From Malacoraja senta (taxonomy: Eukaryota): 64,000 nt of DNA. Shown here one piece after another: positions 60,010 through 64,000 of the stretch. The position numbers and the translations under genes are program-made. The notes beneath the pieces were generated by a model, which saw nothing but the letters and a program-made list of their open reading frames with translations, was not told the DNA's origin and made no database searches. How positions within the stretch are numbered: the first letter of the stretch is position 1; every line of letters begins with the position of its first letter. The stretch spans positions 2,046,001 through 2,110,000 of the forward strand of contig CM075989.1 in NCBI GenBank assembly GCA_038087875.1, read 5' to 3'.

Positions 60010-60760
60010 GACCATACGACATAAGAGCAGAATTAGGCCATTCAGCCCATCGAGTCTGTTCTACCATTTGACCATGGCTGATCTCTTTTCCTCCCTGCCT
60101 TCTCCCCTACCTTTGACGCCCTTATTAATCAAGCACTATCAATTCTACTATCAATCCACTTCTATCAATCTCTGCTTCAAAAATACCAATGACTTGGACT
60201 CCACAACATACAATGAATTCCACACATTCACCACCTTCTGGCTAAAGAAATTCATCTCCATTCGTTCATATATTTTGAGGCTATTCCCTCAGATCCTATA
60301 CTCTCCCACGAGAGGAAACACCCCCTCAACATCCATTCTATCTATCTGTTAGGTTTCAATGAGATCCCCATCATCCTTCTAAATTCCAGCAAGTCCTGGA
60401 CCAGAGTCATTAAACGGTCTTAAGGTCATAAGATCATAAGAGATGGGAACAGAATTAGGCCATTTGGCCCATCAGGACCACTGTACCATTCAATCATGGC
60501 TGATCTATCTCTCCCTCTCAACCCCATTCTCCTGCCTTCTACCCATCACCCCTGACACCCGTACTAATCAAATACGGTCCTGATATGTTAACCCAATCAT
60601 CCCCAGGATCGTTCTTGTAAACCTCCACTGGACCCACTCCAACAACAGCCTAATCTGCCTCAAAAATGGGGCCCAAAACTACTTGTAACATTCCTTTCAT
60701 ATTCTAGTCCCCTCAAAATGAATGCAAACATTGCATTTGCCTTCCTCACTACCGACTACA
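60010..60760 (-). mobile_element. CR1 fragment with a nested CR1 tail (~60420-60572)
   Basis: Antisense CR1 blocks. AAACGGTC/ATACGGTC flank the inner tail. Confidence 0.7.
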
Positions 60761-61619
60761 GCACATCATGCTGCTCCATGGTCGTTGAAGACTTGTGCTC
60801 GGTCCGCCAAGGCCTACTGGATCTCGTTTGCTAACTAATGAAACTGCCTGAACCCCCCACCTACTTTCCTCTCTGGCTTCACAATTCACAACTCTTCAAT
60901 CCTCTCTCACATCTTCTGCTTTTATCTCTAGCCTTTGTTTCAATCATCTGCCTCTTGCCTGGGTCCACATGCCACCTGCCATGCTCTTTGTCCTCCCTCT
61001 CCCCTGGTCTAGCATCCTTCTCTCCACATCTTGTCCGCCTTGCTGAGTTACTCCAGCACTTTCTGTCCTTTTGTGTATTACCCAGCAAGTTCTGTTTCTT
61101 AATTCCCTGCATATCCGTATGCCTATCCTAAAGCCTTTCAGATGCCTCTAACGTATCAGCTGCAACCCCTGGCAGCACCTTCCAGGCACTCACCACCCTC
61201 TGTGGAAAGAACGTGCCCCACACATCACCTTTGACCTCTGCCCTTTGCCCTGTCATCTTAAAGCTATGCCCTCAGTTCTTGATTTATCTATCCTGGCAAA
61301 AAGATTCTTATGAAATGAGATTGTTCTTGGCCTGGATACCATGTTGTTGTAGGGAACCAATTATCAAATATAATTCCTTTTCCATTTTTATTTCAGTAGT
61401 AAGGCTTTGGTAAACTCCAGTACAACATTAGGTTTGTGCATTGTGCATTTCTGTTTTATAACATCTAGCGAAAAATCAAAAAAACATTTTGGTTGGGATT
61501 TTGAAACAACTAGAACCAAACATAGAAACAAAGACATTGGGAAAGAATTGCATGGTACTGCAGATTTGGGTTACGATTGGACAAGACATTATGTAAGAGC
61601 AAGCCTTCACCAAGTTCCT

Positions 61620-61858
61620 GAGGCTTGTCTGTACGGAGTTTGTACATTCTCCCCATGAACGCATGGATTTTCTCAGAGATCTCCGGTTTCCTCCCACACT
61701 CGAAAGATGTACAGGTTTACAGGTTAATTGGCTTGGTATAATTGTAAAATTGTCCCCAGTGCGTGTAGGATAATGTTCATGTGCAGGGATCGCTGGTCGA
61801 TGCAGACTTGGTGGGCCGAAGGGCCTGTTTCCACCCTGTATCTCTAAACTAAACTAAA
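61620..61858 (+). mobile_element. HE1-type SINE (headless)
   Basis: V-domain and tail. Confidence 0.8.
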
Positions 61859-61879
61859 GGCCAAATTGTTAACATCAAG

Positions 61880-62170
61880 GGGAACTTGCCTGAGCCATTC
61901 TCCACCCAGCATCAACACTGTCTTGGGAAGGTTCACACACTCCCAAGCCGAACAACAACTGTACTGATCTTCAACATTGTTCCCATTCCACTTCCTATCA
62001 CCACTCTCTGATCCACCATCCCTAGTGCTGGCTGGCAAGACCTTTGCCAGTCTCCAGTGCTGAACATGACCACGTTCTTTATCTCGATGATGAACAGGCC
62101 TGATCTGAGCTTTAGATTTGTGCCTGGACTCCACATCCCTCACATTCAGCTGCAGCACCCCCCTTCCAGC
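61880..62170 (-). mobile_element. Highly degenerate LINE endonuclease N-terminus (possibly Vingi/I group)
   Basis: The antisense LQLNV..K..I pattern resembles APE domain I; otherwise decayed. Confidence 0.35.
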
Positions 62171-62299
62171 AGCGACCTGGAATGTTTGACTGTATCAGAA
62201 CCTGTTCTTCAGTGCATGATGCTTGAGATATAACACGATCTTCATTGGTCCATTGCACATTGCCACATTAATGCACCTTGTTGTGATGTCTTAGATCAT

Positions 62300-63010
62300 A
62301 AACAATTTATCAAAGAAAAGGTATTGGTGGTTTTAAAGTGCATTCAGGTGGATAAATCCCTAGGGTCTGATCAAGAGGCATCATTAGACGGCTGATGTGT
62401 CGAAAGACTGGAGTAGGGCTGAAATTGTAACTCTATTAAAGGGTTGCAAGGAAAAGCCTGGCTAACTATGCACCAGTGAGTCTAATGTCAGTGGTAGGCA
62501 AGTTATTGGAGAGTATGCTGAGGGATAAGATGTCAATGCATTTGGACAAGGGCTTATTACTTATAGTCAGCATGGTTTTGTACGTGGGAGATTGTGCCTC
62601 ACGGATCTCAATGAGTTTTTTGAGGAAGTGACTGAAATGGTTGACGAGAGCAAAGCTGCAGACATTGTCAATATGGACTTCAGCAAAGCATTTGACAAGG
62701 TTCCGCATGGCAGGCAGCTCTGGAAGGTTACATCGCATGGGATCCAGCGAGGGCTAGTCAACTGGATAGAGAATTGGCTTCATGGAAGGAAGCAGAGGGT
62801 GATGGTGGAAGGTTGTTTTTCAGACTGGAGGCCTGTGACTAGTGGTGTGCCTCAGGGATTGATGCTGAGCCCATTGCTGCTTGTGGTGTATATCAAAAGT
62901 TTGGATGAGAATGTACAAGGCATGATTAGCAAGTTTACAGATGACACTAAATTAGATAGTGAAGATGGTCATCAAAGATTGCAGCAGGATATTGATCGGT
63001 TGGGCAGGTG
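62300..63010 (+). mobile_element. CR1 RT internal fragment
   Basis: ORF 62592..63011 reads MDFSKAFDKVPH..SGVPQG..KFTDDTKL. Confidence 0.9.
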
Positions 63011-63016
63011 AGTTGT

Positions 63017-64000
63017 AGGTATGTTACAAAACTTACCTTCAGCGGCGCTGCAGTTCTGTCACTGCCCGTGTGCGCGACTTTGGCGCCTTTGAGAGGGGGG
63101 CAGGTTTAAAATGCGTTTTTTCGGCAGCCTATTCAAATCGACCTCTGTCAGGCTGTTTAGTTGCTAAATAAAAATCGCTTTGACTGCCATTTTATTAAGT
63201 TTATTCAAATTAGCACTGGATAATTAAATTGTTGGTGTAAAGTTAAAATCATCTTCAAATGCCGTCAACGCCGACAACAGGACGGATATCACGTAGGGGA
63301 CAAGGCAAGGTACGCCGTTTTTTTTTTCATATAAACTTGCTTCTTAGGATGCCCTTAATCAAAATTTCACGTTGCAAAAATGTGATTATGTAAATATACG
63401 AACCGGCAGTATTTTTCCTGCCGATATGGGGTTTAAATTCACTGCAACCGCAACGTTCCAAACCAGCGAGTTCCACAAAATCTCACTCGCAAGATGATTT
63501 AAATGCCCATTAATTTACAGGAATTAAACACTAAATTCCTTCCATTTGGCCTATAAATTCATGACAATGAGATTTAAAAATCGTTATATTGTGAATTCTT
63601 GTGTGAATGTTATTTGGACACTTAGGCTTTTTAAAAATGTTAACCTTTTCTTAAGAAATGGATAGATGTTTAGATCTAGTAATTGAATTTTGTAATTAGC
63701 TACAATTGGGTAACTAACTAATTATATGCTTTAATTTCTGGTCATCCAAGTAAGATTGTTTCATATTTGTTTCAGAATGCTTCAATGCATAATAACTGAA
63801 AATGTCATTCAGTTCTCTTAATTTTTAAGAAAGTTATGGGCTTTTGACTGCCCTCGATCACAGCTTTTGTGTTAAGTCAATGGAAAAGCAATAGGGAACA
63901 AGATGCTAATTACCGAGTATGAAAATGGCCATAACTTTTTTAATACTGAAGATATGAAAGTGAATTAGGTGTCAAATTAAACTTCTTTTTATGCTTTATC
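63017..64000. mobile_element. Probable non-coding interspersed element that truncates the CR1 and runs off the window
   Basis: Abrupt switch at AGGTATGTTACAAAA to a CpG-retaining and then AT-rich non-coding block. The other end is not visible. Confidence 0.3.

Noticed and set aside
16316..64000. Upstream NTRK3 transmembrane exon
   Set aside because: No ..KYGRRSKFGMK-like coding sequence was found by eye. It presumably lies outside the window or in the gap.

Overview
Eukaryotic, repeat-dense genomic DNA from a cartilaginous fish, most likely a skate or ray (HE1-type tRNA/V-SINEs, CR1/HER1 LINE fragments, abundant Penelope-like element termini). It has one 200-N scaffold gap. The only host-gene feature I can support is a 192-bp minus-strand coding exon at 16124-16315. 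It encodes the TrkC/NTRK3 juxtamembrane segment with the NPQY motif, so most or all of the window is probably NTRK3 intron. The rest is a mosaic of truncated and nested retroelements (CR1, L2, Rex1/Babar, Vingi/Ingi-like, Penelope-like), MITE-like elements and a few TE-free, TAAT-rich islands. Most notable observations: (1) Two different short TSD-flanked elements (11704-11874; 50309-51959, the latter split by an L2) begin at a compact HDV-like, CPEB3-type ribozyme fold. They share the loop TTCACGT and have compensatory stems, and the second ends in a tail matching a Vingi LINE fragment in the same window. (2) About 30 copies of a minimal hammerhead motif lie in Penelope termini, several as ~95-135 bp TSD-flanked mini-elements. 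(3) A GC-rich, long SINE-like family carries three different LINE-type 3' tails. Repeat boundaries were read by eye and are approximate unless TSDs are quoted.
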